Positions 1-11,371 of a stretch of 32,000 nt of DNA are shown here, in pieces. Both the position numbers and the translations under genes were made by a program. The stretch comes from Candidatus Saccharimonadota bacterium. GTDB taxonomy: Bacteria; Pseudomonadota; Gammaproteobacteria; Enterobacterales; Enterobacteriaceae. Within the stretch, counting starts at the first letter, position 1. Every line of letters begins with the position of its first letter. The notes below the pieces were generated by a model that was not told where the DNA came from, made no database searches, and was given only the letters and a program-made list of their open reading frames with translations. The stretch spans positions 30,001-62,000 of the forward strand of contig NZ_OZ060402.1 in NCBI RefSeq assembly GCF_964059045.1. The letters run 5' to 3'.

Positions 1-398
1 AATTAGCATCTTCTGGAGTTAATGATGAAACACAAATTCATACTCATATGTGTTATTGTGAATTTAATGACATTATGAATTCTATTTTATTGTTAGATGC
101 AGATGTAATTACTCTTGAAACTTCTAGATCTGACATGGAGTTATTAGAATTCTTTAAAGAATTTAATTATGTTAATTCAATAGGACCTGGGGTATATGAT
201 ATTCATTCTCCTAATATTCCTACTGTAGAATGGATTGAGAATTTATTAAAAAAAGCACTAAATTATATCTCATTAGATAGACTATGGGTAAATCCTGATT
301 GTGGTTTAAAAACTCGAAATTGGAAAGAAACAAGAAAAGCATTAAAAAATATGATTACAGCGGTTAAGAATATTCGTTCTAAAATGAATAGTATTTAG
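1..398 (+). CDS. metE: Cobalamin-independent methionine synthase MetE, C-terminal fragment (5' end lies outside the window; reading frame starts at nt 3)
   Basis: The frame is open from nt 3 and reads [25 protein letters not shown]...[14 protein letters not shown]...[12 protein letters not shown]. This is collinear with the E. coli MetE C-terminus ([15 protein letters not shown]..., [11 protein letters not shown]). The ORF-track ATG at 48 is an internal Met. TAG stop at 396-398. Confidence 0.93.
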   Translation, partial: LASSGVNDETQIHTHMCYCEFNDIMNSILLLDADVITLETSRSDMELLEFFKEFNYVNSIGPGVYDIHSPNIPTVEWIENLLKKALNYISLDRLWVNPDCGLKTRNWKETRKALKNMITAVKNIRSKMNSI

Positions 399-519
399 CA
401 TTGTACAAAAAAAAGATGCTTCATTTTAAAAATGAAGCATCTTTTTTTTGTACAATGCTAAATACTATTCATTTTAGAACGAATATTCTTAACCGCTGTA
501 ATCATATTTTTTAATGCTT
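337..519. repeat. Perfect 183-bp palindrome: 91-bp arms at 337-427 and 429-519 around a single central base at 428
   Basis: I reverse-complemented the left arm by hand in 10-nt blocks and it equals the right arm with no mismatch. The identity ends at 336/520 (A opposite A). The left arm contains the last 62 nt of metE. The right arm contains the purH stop and its last two codons. Confidence 0.9.
407..449. terminator. Bidirectional intrinsic-terminator-like core of the palindrome (A8 - 13-bp stem - T8)
   Basis: AAAAAAAA GATGCTTCATTTT A AAAATGAAGCATC TTTTTTTT. It sits between the convergent stops of metE (398) and purH (511), and a U-tract follows the stem on either strand. Confidence 0.7.
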
Positions 520-2097
520 AAAATGCCTTATATTAGTAAAAATCATAATCATATTGTATTCATTTACTGCTTGAATCACTTCTTTATCACGAATAGATCC
601 ACCTGATTGAATAATACAATTTACACCATTCTTTTTTGCTATATCGACATTATCTCTAAAAGGAATAAAAGCATCTGAAGCCATAATAATATTTTTAATT
701 TTTATTTTTTGGTCTATTAATTTGAGATTTGCTATTTTTGTTGAATATATACGACTTGTTTGGCCTGAACCAATACTAATAGTTTTTTTGTTTTTTACAT
801 ATACTACAGCATTTGATTTTACAAATTTTACTACTTTCCAAGCAAAAATTGCATCTTCATATTCTTCATGATTTGGTTTACAATTACTAACTATAGTCCA
901 TGTTTTTTCGTTGATATTTTCAGAATCAATATCTTGAACAAGAACACCACCATTAATTTGCTTAAAACTAAATTTATTTTTTTGTTTTTGAATATTAGAA
1001 CAGATTAATACTCTTATGTTTTTTTTTGTTTCTAATATTTTTAATGCATTTTTACTAATATTAGTTGCAATAATTACTTCAACAAATTGTTGATTAATTA
1101 TAGTTTGAACTGTATCAGAATTTAATAAACCATTAAATGCTATTACACCACCAAATGCAGATGTAGGATCACATTTATATGCAGAGATATATGCATTAAT
1201 AATAGAGATGTTTTCTGATACTCCACAAGGTGTACCATGTTTTACAATAACGCATGCTGGTTTTAAAAAAGTTTTAACACATTCCCAAGCAATATCAGCA
1301 TCAGATAAATTATTATATGATAATAATTTTCCTTGTATTTGTTTTGCAGCAACAATATCAGTAGGTTTTTGAGTATTATCAAAATATAAAGCTGCTTTTT
1401 GATGATGATTTTCACCATAACGTAAATTTTGTTTTTTAATAAGATTCAAATTAATGATTTTAGGTAAATATATAAAATTATTTTTTTCATTATAATATTC
1501 ATTATATTTGGTTTTTAAACATCCAAAAATAATAGAATCATATTGAGAAATATATTCAAATGCTTTACATGCCATGTAAAATTTATTTTTTATAGGAAAA
1601 TTATTATTATTTTCATCAAGTATTTTGATTGCTTTTTTATAATCTAAAGGGTCAGTTAAAACCATAACATCTTGATGATTTTTAGCGGCAGATCGAATTA
1701 AAGTTGATCCACCTATATCAATATAATTTATAATATCATCCATATTATTAATATTTTTTGACATATTTTCTAAAAATGGATATAAATTAACAACAACAAT
1801 GTCAATTGGAATTATATTATATAATTTCATTACAGCATCATCTTTTTTTCTTCTTCCTAAAATTCCTCCGTGAATTTTAGGATGTATAGTTTTTATTCTT
1901 CCATCCATTAATTCAGGAAATTCAGTATAATCTGAAATATTTTTAAAAGGAATGTTATTTTTTTTTAAAAATACAGATGTACCTCCTGTTGATAATATAT
2001 TAATTTTTCTATCAACAAATGATTTTGCTAATTCTATTATACCAAATTTATTTGAAACACTAATTAAAGCTTGTTTTACAGGTTTTAAATTTTTCAT
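511..2097 (-). CDS. purH: Bifunctional AICAR formyltransferase / IMP cyclohydrolase
   Basis: 528 aa versus E. coli PurH at 529 aa. Conserved blocks include LISVSNK, STGGT, MDGRIKTIHPKIHGGILGRR, VVVNLYPF, IDIGG, DPTSAFGG, ASDAFIPFRD and a C-terminal FT..RHFKH. Confidence 0.95.
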   Translation of the reverse strand: MKNLKPVKQALISVSNKFGIIELAKSFVDRKINILSTGGTSVFLKKNNIPFKNISDYTEFPELMDGRIKTIHPKIHGGILGRRKKDDAVMKLYNIIPIDIVVVNLYPFLENMSKNINNMDDIINYIDIGGSTLIRSAAKNHQDVMVLTDPLDYKKAIKILDENNNNFPIKNKFYMACKAFEYISQYDSIIFGCLKTKYNEYYNEKNNFIYLPKIINLNLIKKQNLRYGENHHQKAALYFDNTQKPTDIVAAKQIQGKLLSYNNLSDADIAWECVKTFLKPACVIVKHGTPCGVSENISIINAYISAYKCDPTSAFGGVIAFNGLLNSDTVQTIINQQFVEVIIATNISKNALKILETKKNIRVLICSNIQKQKNKFSFKQINGGVLVQDIDSENINEKTWTIVSNCKPNHEEYEDAIFAWKVVKFVKSNAVVYVKNKKTISIGSGQTSRIYSTKIANLKLIDQKIKIKNIIMASDAFIPFRDNVDIAKKNGVNCIIQSGGSIRDKEVIQAVNEYNMIMIFTNIRHFKH

Positions 2098-2274
2098 AAT
2101 CTATATATTATTTATATAAGATAGTAATAACTATTATATTTTAAATAATATAACAATATTAAATAAATAAAATAAAAAATAAAATTTTTTATTTTTATAT
2201 TTTTATAATCTTAATTAAAATATAAAAATTTTCAGAATAAAAAATTATAATATTTGTTGTATTTTTTAATGTAA

Positions 2275-2315
2275 TAATAGGACAAGGAAAATTAAATATT
2301 ATCCTTATCCTATTA
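2275..2315 (-). terminator. Imperfect hairpin just downstream of the rpoC stop (14 bp, one C/A mismatch, 13-nt loop)
   Basis: TAATAGGACAAGGA ... TCCTTATCCTATTA lies 11 nt after the rpoC stop. There is no clean U-tract after it on the minus strand, so the terminator call is tentative. Confidence 0.35.
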
Positions 2316-2325
2316 ATGTTAAAGA

Positions 2326-5300
2326 TTATTTGTTATTCATATCTATAATACTAGAATTTAATAATTCTGATAAGCTAGCAGACGCTTCTTCAACACTAAT
2401 TTGTTGATTTTGTTTATTGTTTTGATTGTTATGACCATTATTTTTAATTTTTTGATTAAATCTTTTTTGATGATAAGCATAACCAGTTCCGGCTGGTATT
2501 AAACGTCCCACAATAACATTTTCTTTTAAACCCCTTAACTTATCCTTTTTACCTGCTACAGCTGATTCAGTTAAAATACGTGTTGTTTCTTGAAATGATG
2601 CAGCAGAAATAAATGAATCAGTAGCTAAAGATGCTTTTGTAATACCTAATAAATCTCTAGAAAAAATTACTATATTTTTATTTAATTTTTCTAATTTTTT
2701 ATTTTCAATTTTTATTTTAGAATATTCTAATTGTTCACCATTTAAAAAATTTGAATCACCTTTATGGACAATTGTAGCTTTTCGAAGCATTTGTCTAATT
2801 ATCACTTCAATATGTTTATCATTTATTTTAACACCTTGTAAACGATATACTTCTTGTACTTCATTAACAATATATCTTGTAACAGATTGTACACCTCTTA
2901 ACCTTAAAATATCGTGAGGTGATTCAGGACCATCAGAAATCACATCACCTTTTTCAACTTTTTCACCTTCAAAAACATTTAATTGTCTCCATTTTGGAAT
3001 CATTTCTTCATAAGGTTCAGTATTATCATCAACAGGAGAAATTACTAATCTTCTTTTACCTTTTGTTTCTTTTCCAAATGATATAATTCCAGTAATTTCT
3101 GCAAGGATTGCTAATTCTTTTGGTCGACGAGCTTCAAATAAATCTGCTACTCTAGGCAATCCTCCTGTAATATCTTTTGTTCCTCCAGACTCTTGGGGGA
3201 TTCTAGCAATAGTATCTCCAGAAAAAATTTCTACTCCATTTTCTAATTGTATGATGCTTTTTCCTGGTAAAAAATATTGAGCAGGCATATCTGTTCCTGC
3301 AATTAATACATCTTTTCCTGTTTTTGTAACTATTTTCAATGAAGGCCTTAAATCTTTGCCTATTGTTGTTCTTTCTGAAGTATCTAAAACGACAATAGAT
3401 GATAATCCTGTTAATTCATCTGTTTGTCTAATAATACTTTGTCCGTCAATCATATCAATAAATTGTACAAAACCGTTTACTTCAGTAATAACTGGCATAG
3501 TATGAGGATCCCATTTTGCTACAGTTTCTCCAGAATTAACTATTTCTCCATTTCCTTTTGCCATAATTGAACCATAAGGTACTTTATAACTTTCTTTAGT
3601 TCTACCGTATTCATCAATCATTCTTAATTCTACATTTCTTGATGTAATTATAATTTTCCCTGTAGAATTTTTAACAGATTTTGCATTAATTAATTTAATT
3701 ATACCTTTATTCTTGACTTGTACACTAGATTCTGCAGCAGCTCTAGAAGCAGCTCCTCCAATATGAAATGTTCTCATAGTTAATTGTGTACCAGGTTCTC
3801 CAATAGATTGTGCTGCTATCACTCCAATAGCTTCACCTTTATTTACGAGATTTCCTCTTGCTAAATCTCTTCCATAACAATATGCACAAACTCCAAAATT
3901 AGTTTCACAATTTACTACTGAACGTACTTTAATAGTATCAATAGAATTATTTTCTAAAATGTTACACCATTTTTCATCAAGCAAAACATTTTTTGGAATT
4001 AAGATAATAGTAGAATTTATTTTAAAAATATTTTCTGCTGTAATGCGACCAAGAACTCTTTCTCTTAATGGTTCTTTAACATCACCACCTTCAATGAGTG
4101 ATGTCATGACTAATCCTTCATCAGTTTTACAATCATCTTCTGTAACTACTAAATCTTGAGCAACATCTACTAAACGTCGAGTTAAATAACCTGAATTGGC
4201 TGTTTTTAATGCTGTATCAGCTAATCCTTTTCTTGCTCCGTGAGTAGAAATAAAATATTGTAATACATTTAATCCTTCTCTAAAATTAGCTGTAATAGGT
4301 GTTTCTATAATTGATCCATCTGGTTTAGCCATCAAACCTCTCATACCAGCTAATTGTCTTATTTGTGCAGCAGAACCACGAGCTCCTGAATCTGCCATCA
4401 TAAAAATACTATTAAAAGATATTTGATTTTCTATTTTTCCATTTTTATTTAGCACTGGTTCAGTTGATAAATTTTTCATCATAGCTGTTGCAACTCTTTC
4501 ATTTGCTGCTGCCCAAATATCAATCACTTTATTATAACGTTCACCAGCAGTAACTAAACCAGACTGGAATTGTTCTTGTATTTCAATAACTTCTGTTTCA
4601 GCTTCATGAATTATTGATGATTTTTTTAATGGAATTACCATATCATCAATACCTACTGATGCTCCAGATCTTGCAGCGTACGAAAAACCAGTATACATAA
4701 TTTGGTCAGCAAATTTCACTGTAGGTTTTAATCCTAAAATTCGATAACAAGTATTTAGCATTTTTGAAATAGTTTTTTTAATAAGTACTTGATTAACAAT
4801 AGAAAAAGGTAGTCCTTGAGGTACTATCATCCATAAAAGAGAACGTCCAATAGTGGTTTGAATTAATTTTTTTGTGGGAATCATTTTTTTATTTTTATTT
4901 TTTTTATATTCAGTAATTAACACTTTTACTATTGAATGTAATTCTGTATATCCAGTTCTATATGATTTCTCAGCTTCTTCTGGACTACTTAAGACCATTC
5001 CTTCTCCTTTTCCATTGATTTTTTCTCTAGTCATGTAATACAAACCTAAAACAACATCTTGAGAAGGAACAATAATAGGTTCACCATTAGCAGGTGATAA
5101 AATATTATTTGTAGACATCATTAAAGCTCTAGCTTCTAATTGAGCTTCTAAAGTCAAAGGAACATGAACAGCCATTTGATCACCATCAAAATCAGCATTA
5201 TAAGCTGCACAAACTAAAGGATGTAATTGAATTGCTTTTCCTTCAATTAATACTGGTTCAAAAGCTTGTATTCCTAACCGATGTAAAGTAGGGGCTCGAT

Positions 5301-6570
5301 TTAATAAAACAGGATGTTCACGAATAACTTCATCAAGCACATCCCATACTACGGATTCCTCTCTTTCAACCATTTTTTTTGCTGATTTTATTGTAGTAGC
5401 TAATCCTCGAACTTCTAATTTACCATAAATAAAAGGTTTAAATAATTCTAATGCCATTTTTTTAGGTAATCCACATTGATGTAAATGTAAATATGGTCCA
5501 ACTGTAATAACAGATCTTCCTGAATAATCAACTCTCTTTCCTAAAAGATTTTGTCTAAATCTACCTTGTTTTCCTTTTATCATATCAGCTAAAGATTTCA
5601 GTGGTCTTTTATTAGATCCAGTTATAGCTCGACCTCTTCTACCGTTATCTAGTAATGCATCTACTGATTCTTGCAACATTCTTTTTTCATTACGAACAAT
5701 AATGTCGGGAGCTGATAAATCTAATAATCTTTTTAATCTATTATTTCTATTTATTACTCTTCTGTATAAATCATTTAAATCAGAAGTTGCAAACCTTCCT
5801 CCATCTAATGGTACTAATGGTCTTAGATCTGGTGGTAATACTGGTAATACCGTTAAAATCATCCATTCAGGTTTATTATTTGATTGAATGAATGATTCAA
5901 CTAATTTAATTCTTTTAGTAATTTTTTTTCTTTTAGTTTCAGAATTAGTATTGCCTAATTCATTTCGAAGAATTTGACATTCTTGTTTTAAATTTAAATT
6001 TTTTAACAAATATTGAATAGCTTCAGCACCTATTTTTGCATCAAATTCATCTCCAAATTCTTCTAATGCATTTAAATATTGTTCCTCTGTTAAAATTTGA
6101 TTTTTATCTAAGTTTGTCATACCTCCTTCAACTATGACATATGATTCAAAATATAATACTCTTTCAATATCTCTTAACGGCATATCTAATAATAATCCAA
6201 TTCTGGAAGGTAAAGATTTTAAAAACCAAATATGTGCTGTAGGAGAAGCTAATTCAATATGTCCCATTCTATCTCTTCGAACTTTACTTTGAGTAACTTC
6301 TACTCCACATTTTTCACAAATAACTCCACGATGCTTAAGTCGTTTATATTTTCCACATAAACATTCATAATCTTTAATTGGTCCAAAAATTCTTGAACAA
6401 AATAATCCATCTCTTTCCGGCTTGAAAGTACGATAATTAATAGTTTCTGGCTTTTTAACCTCTCCAAAAGACCAAGATCTAATCATATCTGGTGATGCAA
6501 GTTCAATTTTAATTGCATCAAATTCTTCTTTTTTAGTTTGTGATTTTAAAAATTTAAGTAAATCTTTCAC
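2326..6570 (-). CDS. rpoC: DNA-directed RNA polymerase subunit beta'
   Basis: 1414 aa with a GTG start, as in E. coli rpoC. N-terminus [52 protein letters not shown]. The catalytic NADFDGD motif is present. Confidence 0.97.
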   Translation of the reverse strand: MKDLLKFLKSQTKKEEFDAIKIELASPDMIRSWSFGEVKKPETINYRTFKPERDGLFCSRIFGPIKDYECLCGKYKRLKHRGVICEKCGVEVTQSKVRRDRMGHIELASPTAHIWFLKSLPSRIGLLLDMPLRDIERVLYFESYVIVEGGMTNLDKNQILTEEQYLNALEEFGDEFDAKIGAEAIQYLLKNLNLKQECQILRNELGNTNSETKRKKITKRIKLVESFIQSNNKPEWMILTVLPVLPPDLRPLVPLDGGRFATSDLNDLYRRVINRNNRLKRLLDLSAPDIIVRNEKRMLQESVDALLDNGRRGRAITGSNKRPLKSLADMIKGKQGRFRQNLLGKRVDYSGRSVITVGPYLHLHQCGLPKKMALELFKPFIYGKLEVRGLATTIKSAKKMVEREESVVWDVLDEVIREHPVLLNRAPTLHRLGIQAFEPVLIEGKAIQLHPLVCAAYNADFDGDQMAVHVPLTLEAQLEARALMMSTNNILSPANGEPIIVPSQDVVLGLYYMTREKINGKGEGMVLSSPEEAEKSYRTGYTELHSIVKVLITEYKKNKNKKMIPTKKLIQTTIGRSLLWMIVPQGLPFSIVNQVLIKKTISKMLNTCYRILGLKPTVKFADQIMYTGFSYAARSGASVGIDDMVIPLKKSSIIHEAETEVIEIQEQFQSGLVTAGERYNKVIDIWAAANERVATAMMKNLSTEPVLNKNGKIENQISFNSIFMMADSGARGSAAQIRQLAGMRGLMAKPDGSIIETPITANFREGLNVLQYFISTHGARKGLADTALKTANSGYLTRRLVDVAQDLVVTEDDCKTDEGLVMTSLIEGGDVKEPLRERVLGRITAENIFKINSTIILIPKNVLLDEKWCNILENNSIDTIKVRSVVNCETNFGVCAYCYGRDLARGNLVNKGEAIGVIAAQSIGEPGTQLTMRTFHIGGAASRAAAESSVQVKNKGIIKLINAKSVKNSTGKIIITSRNVELRMIDEYGRTKESYKVPYGSIMAKGNGEIVNSGETVAKWDPHTMPVITEVNGFVQFIDMIDGQSIIRQTDELTGLSSIVVLDTSERTTIGKDLRPSLKIVTKTGKDVLIAGTDMPAQYFLPGKSIIQLENGVEIFSGDTIARIPQESGGTKDITGGLPRVADLFEARRPKELAILAEITGIISFGKETKGKRRLVISPVDDNTEPYEEMIPKWRQLNVFEGEKVEKGDVISDGPESPHDILRLRGVQSVTRYIVNEVQEVYRLQGVKINDKHIEVIIRQMLRKATIVHKGDSNFLNGEQLEYSKIKIENKKLEKLNKNIVIFSRDLLGITKASLATDSFISAASFQETTRILTESAVAGKKDKLRGLKENVIVGRLIPAGTGYAYHQKRFNQKIKNNGHNNQNNKQNQQISVEEASASLSELLNSSIIDMNNK

Positions 6571-6598
6571 GAATTAGTTCCCATTGCAGTGAAACGAA

Positions 6599-6634
6599 AC
6601 AAGGAATCCAATTTTTTTTAATTGGATTCCTTGT
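6599..6634 (-). promoter_or_regulatory. Perfect 15-bp stem / 6-nt loop hairpin in the rpoB-rpoC spacer
   Basis: ACAAGGAATCCAATT TTTTTT AATTGGATTCCTTGT. It occupies 36 of the 84 nt between the rpoB stop (6655) and the rpoC GTG (6570). Confidence 0.6.
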
Positions 6635-6654
6635 GATAACATGAATTTAATTAC

Positions 6655-9600
6655 TTATTCGTCTTCTAATTCAATATTGATACCCAGAGATCGTATTTCT
6701 TTTAATAATACATTAAACGATTCAGGCATTCCAGGTTCCATTTGATGATTACCATCAACAATATTTTTATACATTTTTGTTCTACCATTGACATCATCTG
6801 ATTTAACAGTAAGCATTTCTTGTAACGTATATGAAGCACCATATGCTTCTAAGGCCCATACTTCCATTTCCCCAAATCTTTGACCACCAAATTGGGCTTT
6901 TCCACCTAATGGTTGTTGAGTAATTAAACTATAAGAACCAGTAGATCTAGCATGCATTTTATCATCTACTAAATGATTTAATTTTAACATGTACATATAA
7001 CCAACTGTTACAGGACGTTCAAATTGTTCTCCAGTTCGTCCATCGAAAAGTATGATTTGGCCAGAACTAGGTAAATCTGCTAGTTTTAATAATTGTTTAA
7101 TTTCATTTTCTTCAGCTCCATCAAAAACAGGTGTTGAAATAGGCATTCCATGTCTTAAATTTTTAGCTAAACAAGAAATCTCAGCATCTGAAAAACTAGA
7201 TAAATTAACTTTTTGACGAATATTATTTCCAATATCATATGCTTTTTGCATAAATTGACGTAATTCTAATATTGTTTTATGATTATTAATCATATTATTA
7301 ATTTTATCACCAATGCCTTTAGCAGCCATTCCTAAATGTGTTTCTAATATTTGACCAATATTCATCCTAGAAGGCACTCCTAATGGATTCAATACAATAT
7401 CTATAGGTTCACCATTTTTATCATAAGGCATATCTTCAACAGGATTAATTTTAGAAATAACCCCTTTATTTCCATGTCTTCCAGCAATTTTATCACCTGG
7501 TTGAATTTGACGTTTGACAGCTAAATAAACTTTTACTATTTTTAATACTCCTGGAGCAAGATCATTTCCTTGAGTAATTTTTCTTTTTTTATCTTCTAGT
7601 TTTTTTTCAAAAATAATTTTTAATTCTTTATATTTAGAAATTAATGTTTTAAAAATATTATGATTTTTTTTATCATTTAAATTTATTGAGATCCATTTTT
7701 CTTTTGGAATAGACAGCAATTTTTCTTTTTCAATACCTGATTCTAATAATAATGATTTTATACGAAGAAATATTTCAGATTCAAAAATTTTTAGTTCTTC
7801 TTTTAAATCTTTTTTAACTTGTTTCAGTTGCATCTCTTCAATTTCTACAGCTCTTTTGTCTTTTTTAACGCCTTCTCGTATAAAAATTTGTATATCAATA
7901 ACAGTTCCTGATACTCCATTAGGTACTCTCAGCGAAGAATCTTTAACATCTGAAGCTTTTTCTCCAAAAATCGCTCTTAGTAATTTTTCTTCTGGTGTTA
8001 ACTGAGTTTCTCCTTTAGGTGTAACTTTTCCTACTAAAATATCACCGCCTTTTACTTCTGCACCAATATATACAACACCTGATTCATCTAACTTTGATAA
8101 AGCTGTTTCACCAATATTTGGTATGTCTGCAGTTACTTCTTCAGGTCCTAATTTTGTATCTCTAGAAATACAAGATAATTCTTGAATATGTATAGTTGTA
8201 AATCTATCTTTTTGTACTATTTTTTCTGAAATTAATATAGAATCTTCAAAATTATATCCATTCCAAGGCATAAATGCCACTCTCATGTTTTGACCTAAGG
8301 ATAATTCTCCTAAGTCTGTAGAGGGTCCATCAGCTAAAACATCTCCAATTTTTATAAATTCGTTTGTTTTTACACAAGGTTTTTGATTGATACAAGTATT
8401 TTGATTAGAACGTGTATATTTGGTTAAATTATAAATATCAATACCAGCTTCTCCTGGATGACATTCTTTCTCATTTACTTGTATAATAATCCTTGATGAA
8501 TCTATATATTTAACTATTCCTCCTCTTTTTGCTACAGCTGTTACACCTGAATCAACAGCAACAGCTCTTTCCATTCCTGTTCCTACTAATGGTTTTTCTG
8601 ATATTAATGTAGGAACAGCTTGTCTTTGCATATTTGCTCCCATTAAAGCTCTATTTGCATCATCATGTTCTAAAAATGGTATTAATGAGGCTCCTACAGA
8701 AACAATTTGTTGATTAGATACGTCCATAAATTGAACTTGATTTCGATTGAATAGACTTGATTCCCCTTTATTTCTACATGTAACTAATTCATCAATAAAT
8801 TCTCCATTTGATTTAAGATTTGTATTGGCTTGTGCTATTATATAATTTCCTTCTTCAATAGCTGAAAGATATTGAATTTTATTAGTTACAATATTATTTA
8901 AAACTTTTCGATAAGGAGTTTCTAAAAATCCATATTCATTGGTTTGTGCATATACTGAAAGAGAGTTAATTAAACCTATATTAGGACCTTCAGGAGTTTC
9001 GATCGGACAAACTCGACCATAGTGAGTAGGGTGGACATCTCTTACTTCAAATCCTGCACGTTCTCTAGTTAAACCACCGACTCCTAATGCAGAAATTCTT
9101 CTTTTGTGAGTTATTTCTGATAATGGATTATTTTGATCCATAAATTGAGATAATTGACTTGATCCAAAAAATTCTTTAATAGCAGCAGAAATTGGTTTTG
9201 CATTGATTATATCTTGAGGCATTACAGTATCTAAATCTCCTAAAGATAATCTTTCTTTAACAGATCGTTCAACTCTAATTAATCCAATACGAAATTGATT
9301 TTCAGTCATTTCACCTACTGAACGTATTCTTCTATTCCCTAAATGATCAATATCATCTACTTCTCCTTTTCCATTTCTGATATTAATTAATTTTTTAATT
9401 ACATCAACAATGTCTGTTTTATTTAAAACACCTATTCCATCAATATTATTTCTAGATAAGGATCGATTAAATTTCATTCTTCCTACAGCAGATAATTCAT
9501 ATTTTTCTTCAGAAAAAAATAAATTTTGAAATAAATATTCTGCTGCTTCTTTTGTAGGAGGTTCACCAGGTCTCATCATACGATAAATTTCTACTAATGC

Positions 9601-10686
9601 ACTTAATTGATCTTTGCTATGGTCAATTCTTAAAGTTTCTGAAATATAAGGTCCATGATCTAAATCATTAGTAAAAATAGTTTCAATAGTATTATAACCA
9701 GATTGAATTATTTTTTCTATATTTTCTAAAGATAAGATTGAATTTGCTGATATAATTGTTTCTTTAGTATTTAAATTAATATATTCTTTTGATACGACTC
9801 TTCCAGTAAGATATTCTATTGGTACAATAATTTTATTAATATTATTTTTTTTTAGTTCTCTTATATGTTGAGCGGTAATACGACGTCCTTTTTCAATATA
9901 AATTTTAGAATCAAATACAATATTAAAAGATGCAGTATCACCTCTTAATCTTTCTGGAATTAATTGCATTTCAATAACATTACTATTAATTATTTTATAT
10001 TTTGTTTTTTCAAAAAAAATATTTAAAATTTCTTCAGTATTATAATTTAAAGCTCTTAAAATTATACTAACGGGTAATTTTCTTCTTCGGTCAATTCGAA
10101 CAAATAAATGATCTTTAGGATCGAATTCAAAATCTAACCATGATCCTCTGTATGGAATAATTCTAGCATTATATAAAACTTTTCCAGAAGAATGTGTTTT
10201 TCCTTTATCACTATCAAAAAAAACACCAGGACTTCGATGTAACTGAGAGACAACAACTCTTTCTGTTCCATTAATAATAAATGTTCCGTTGTTTGTCATT
10301 AATGGGATTTCACCCATATATACTTCTTGCTCTTTGATATCTTTTACAGTTAAATCAAAAGTATCTTTTTCATAAATTATCAGACGTAGCTTGACTCTTA
10401 ATGAAGAAGAAAAAGTAATACCTCTGATTTGACATTCTTTAACATTAAAAATTGTATTACTTAAACGATAACTCACATATTGTAATTCAGCATTTCCACT
10501 ATAACTTTTAATAGGAAATATGGAACGAAATGCAGATTCTAATCCAGATTGATTACAACCGTTTTTTTGAATAAATTTTTTGAATGAATCAAGTTGAATA
10601 GATAGTAGATATGGTATATTTAATACTTTTGGACGTTTTCCAAAATCTTTTCGAATTCTTTTTTTTTCGGTATAAGAGTAAACCAT
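6655..10686 (-). CDS. rpoB: DNA-directed RNA polymerase subunit beta
   Basis: The track ORF starts at a TTG (10698, MRNPMVYSY...). E. coli RpoB starts [19 protein letters not shown], and the ATG at 10686 is preceded by GAGGA (TGAGGAACCCC ATG). The result is 1343 aa versus 1342 in E. coli. Confidence 0.96.
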   Translation of the reverse strand: MVYSYTEKKRIRKDFGKRPKVLNIPYLLSIQLDSFKKFIQKNGCNQSGLESAFRSIFPIKSYSGNAELQYVSYRLSNTIFNVKECQIRGITFSSSLRVKLRLIIYEKDTFDLTVKDIKEQEVYMGEIPLMTNNGTFIINGTERVVVSQLHRSPGVFFDSDKGKTHSSGKVLYNARIIPYRGSWLDFEFDPKDHLFVRIDRRRKLPVSIILRALNYNTEEILNIFFEKTKYKIINSNVIEMQLIPERLRGDTASFNIVFDSKIYIEKGRRITAQHIRELKKNNINKIIVPIEYLTGRVVSKEYINLNTKETIISANSILSLENIEKIIQSGYNTIETIFTNDLDHGPYISETLRIDHSKDQLSALVEIYRMMRPGEPPTKEAAEYLFQNLFFSEEKYELSAVGRMKFNRSLSRNNIDGIGVLNKTDIVDVIKKLINIRNGKGEVDDIDHLGNRRIRSVGEMTENQFRIGLIRVERSVKERLSLGDLDTVMPQDIINAKPISAAIKEFFGSSQLSQFMDQNNPLSEITHKRRISALGVGGLTRERAGFEVRDVHPTHYGRVCPIETPEGPNIGLINSLSVYAQTNEYGFLETPYRKVLNNIVTNKIQYLSAIEEGNYIIAQANTNLKSNGEFIDELVTCRNKGESSLFNRNQVQFMDVSNQQIVSVGASLIPFLEHDDANRALMGANMQRQAVPTLISEKPLVGTGMERAVAVDSGVTAVAKRGGIVKYIDSSRIIIQVNEKECHPGEAGIDIYNLTKYTRSNQNTCINQKPCVKTNEFIKIGDVLADGPSTDLGELSLGQNMRVAFMPWNGYNFEDSILISEKIVQKDRFTTIHIQELSCISRDTKLGPEEVTADIPNIGETALSKLDESGVVYIGAEVKGGDILVGKVTPKGETQLTPEEKLLRAIFGEKASDVKDSSLRVPNGVSGTVIDIQIFIREGVKKDKRAVEIEEMQLKQVKKDLKEELKIFESEIFLRIKSLLLESGIEKEKLLSIPKEKWISINLNDKKNHNIFKTLISKYKELKIIFEKKLEDKKRKITQGNDLAPGVLKIVKVYLAVKRQIQPGDKIAGRHGNKGVISKINPVEDMPYDKNGEPIDIVLNPLGVPSRMNIGQILETHLGMAAKGIGDKINNMINNHKTILELRQFMQKAYDIGNNIRQKVNLSSFSDAEISCLAKNLRHGMPISTPVFDGAEENEIKQLLKLADLPSSGQIILFDGRTGEQFERPVTVGYMYMLKLNHLVDDKMHARSTGSYSLITQQPLGGKAQFGGQRFGEMEVWALEAYGASYTLQEMLTVKSDDVNGRTKMYKNIVDGNHQMEPGMPESFNVLLKEIRSLGINIELEDE

Positions 10687-10842
10687 GGGGTTCCTCAATG
10701 AGCCTGATAAGTTGAAAAATTATTACCATAAAATAAAAATAATAAATGAATAAAAATATTTATTTTTTAATGTTATTCAATGAAATATTTTTCAATCAAT
10801 TAAATTAATTAATATATATATAAATTTTGATTAATTTAATAG

Positions 10843-10889
10843 AATCAATACTAAAATAAATTTTAAATATTTTTATTTTAGTATTGATT
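10843..10889 (-). promoter_or_regulatory. Perfect 18-bp stem / 11-nt loop hairpin in the rplL-rpoB spacer (attenuator/processing-site candidate)
   Basis: AATCAATACTAAAATAAA (10843-10860) pairs with TTTATTTTAGTATTGATT (10872-10889), about 65 nt downstream of the rplL stop. In E. coli the same spacer is known to hold a transcriptional attenuator and an RNase III site. Confidence 0.55.
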
Positions 10890-10953
10890 GGTAATTCAAT
10901 TATTACCATTCAATACTAAAATTAACATGATGATAGTATGATAAATTTTATTT

Positions 10954-11319
10954 TTATTGTATTTCTACTTCAGCACCTGCTGTTTCTAAAATTTTTTTTA
11001 AATTATCAGCATCTTCTTTACTAATATTTTCTTTTATTATCGTTGGTGCAGATTCTACTAAATCTTTAGATTCTTTTAAACCTAAACCAGTAGCACTTCT
11101 TACTGCTTTGATAATAGATACTTTATTACTACCAATAGATTTTAAAAATACATTAAATTCAGTTTTTTCTTCTTTTTCTATTGTATTATTAGATTGTGTA
11201 TTGATAGATAAATTAGCAGATACTCCAAATTTTTTTTCCATTTCTGAAACAAGTTCAATAACATTCATGACCGACATATTAGATATAGCTTCAATTATTT
11301 GTTCTTTTGTAATTAACAT
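10954..11319 (-). CDS. rplL: 50S ribosomal protein L7/L12
   Basis: The start was moved from the track position (11343) to the ATG at 11319, giving [33 protein letters not shown] versus E. coli [33 protein letters not shown]. AGGAA lies upstream. Length is 121 aa, as in E. coli. Confidence 0.95.
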   Translation of the reverse strand: MLITKEQIIEAISNMSVMNVIELVSEMEKKFGVSANLSINTQSNNTIEKEEKTEFNVFLKSIGSNKVSIIKAVRSATGLGLKESKDLVESAPTIIKENISKEDADNLKKILETAGAEVEIQ

Positions 11320-11371
11320 AAAATTATTCCTAACAAAAATCAAAAATATTTATATCTGATTTAATTTATTT

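Noticed and set aside
458-505. A 15-codon mini-ORF ([15 protein letters not shown]) on the minus strand just downstream of purH.
   Set aside because: It is simply the mirror image of the metE 3' end created by the palindrome. It has no ribosome-binding site of its own and there is no reason to think it is translated.
3959-5887. Two plus-strand ORFs (3959-4159 and 5702-5887) inside rpoC.
   Set aside because: They are antisense shadow ORFs lying entirely within a highly conserved gene. They have low-complexity S/L/F-rich translations and no RBS.
10687-10698. The ORF-track N-terminal extension of rpoB (TTG start, MRNP...). Similar extensions occur for rplL (11320-11343), metF (15284-15373) and rpoD (25735-25770).
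   Set aside because: In each case the conserved protein N-terminus begins at a downstream ATG with a better-placed Shine-Dalgarno. The extensions are AT-rich read-through of upstream spacer.
11108-11359. An 83-aa plus-strand ORF overlapping rplL.
   Set aside because: It is an antisense shadow of rplL with no homology signal and no RBS.
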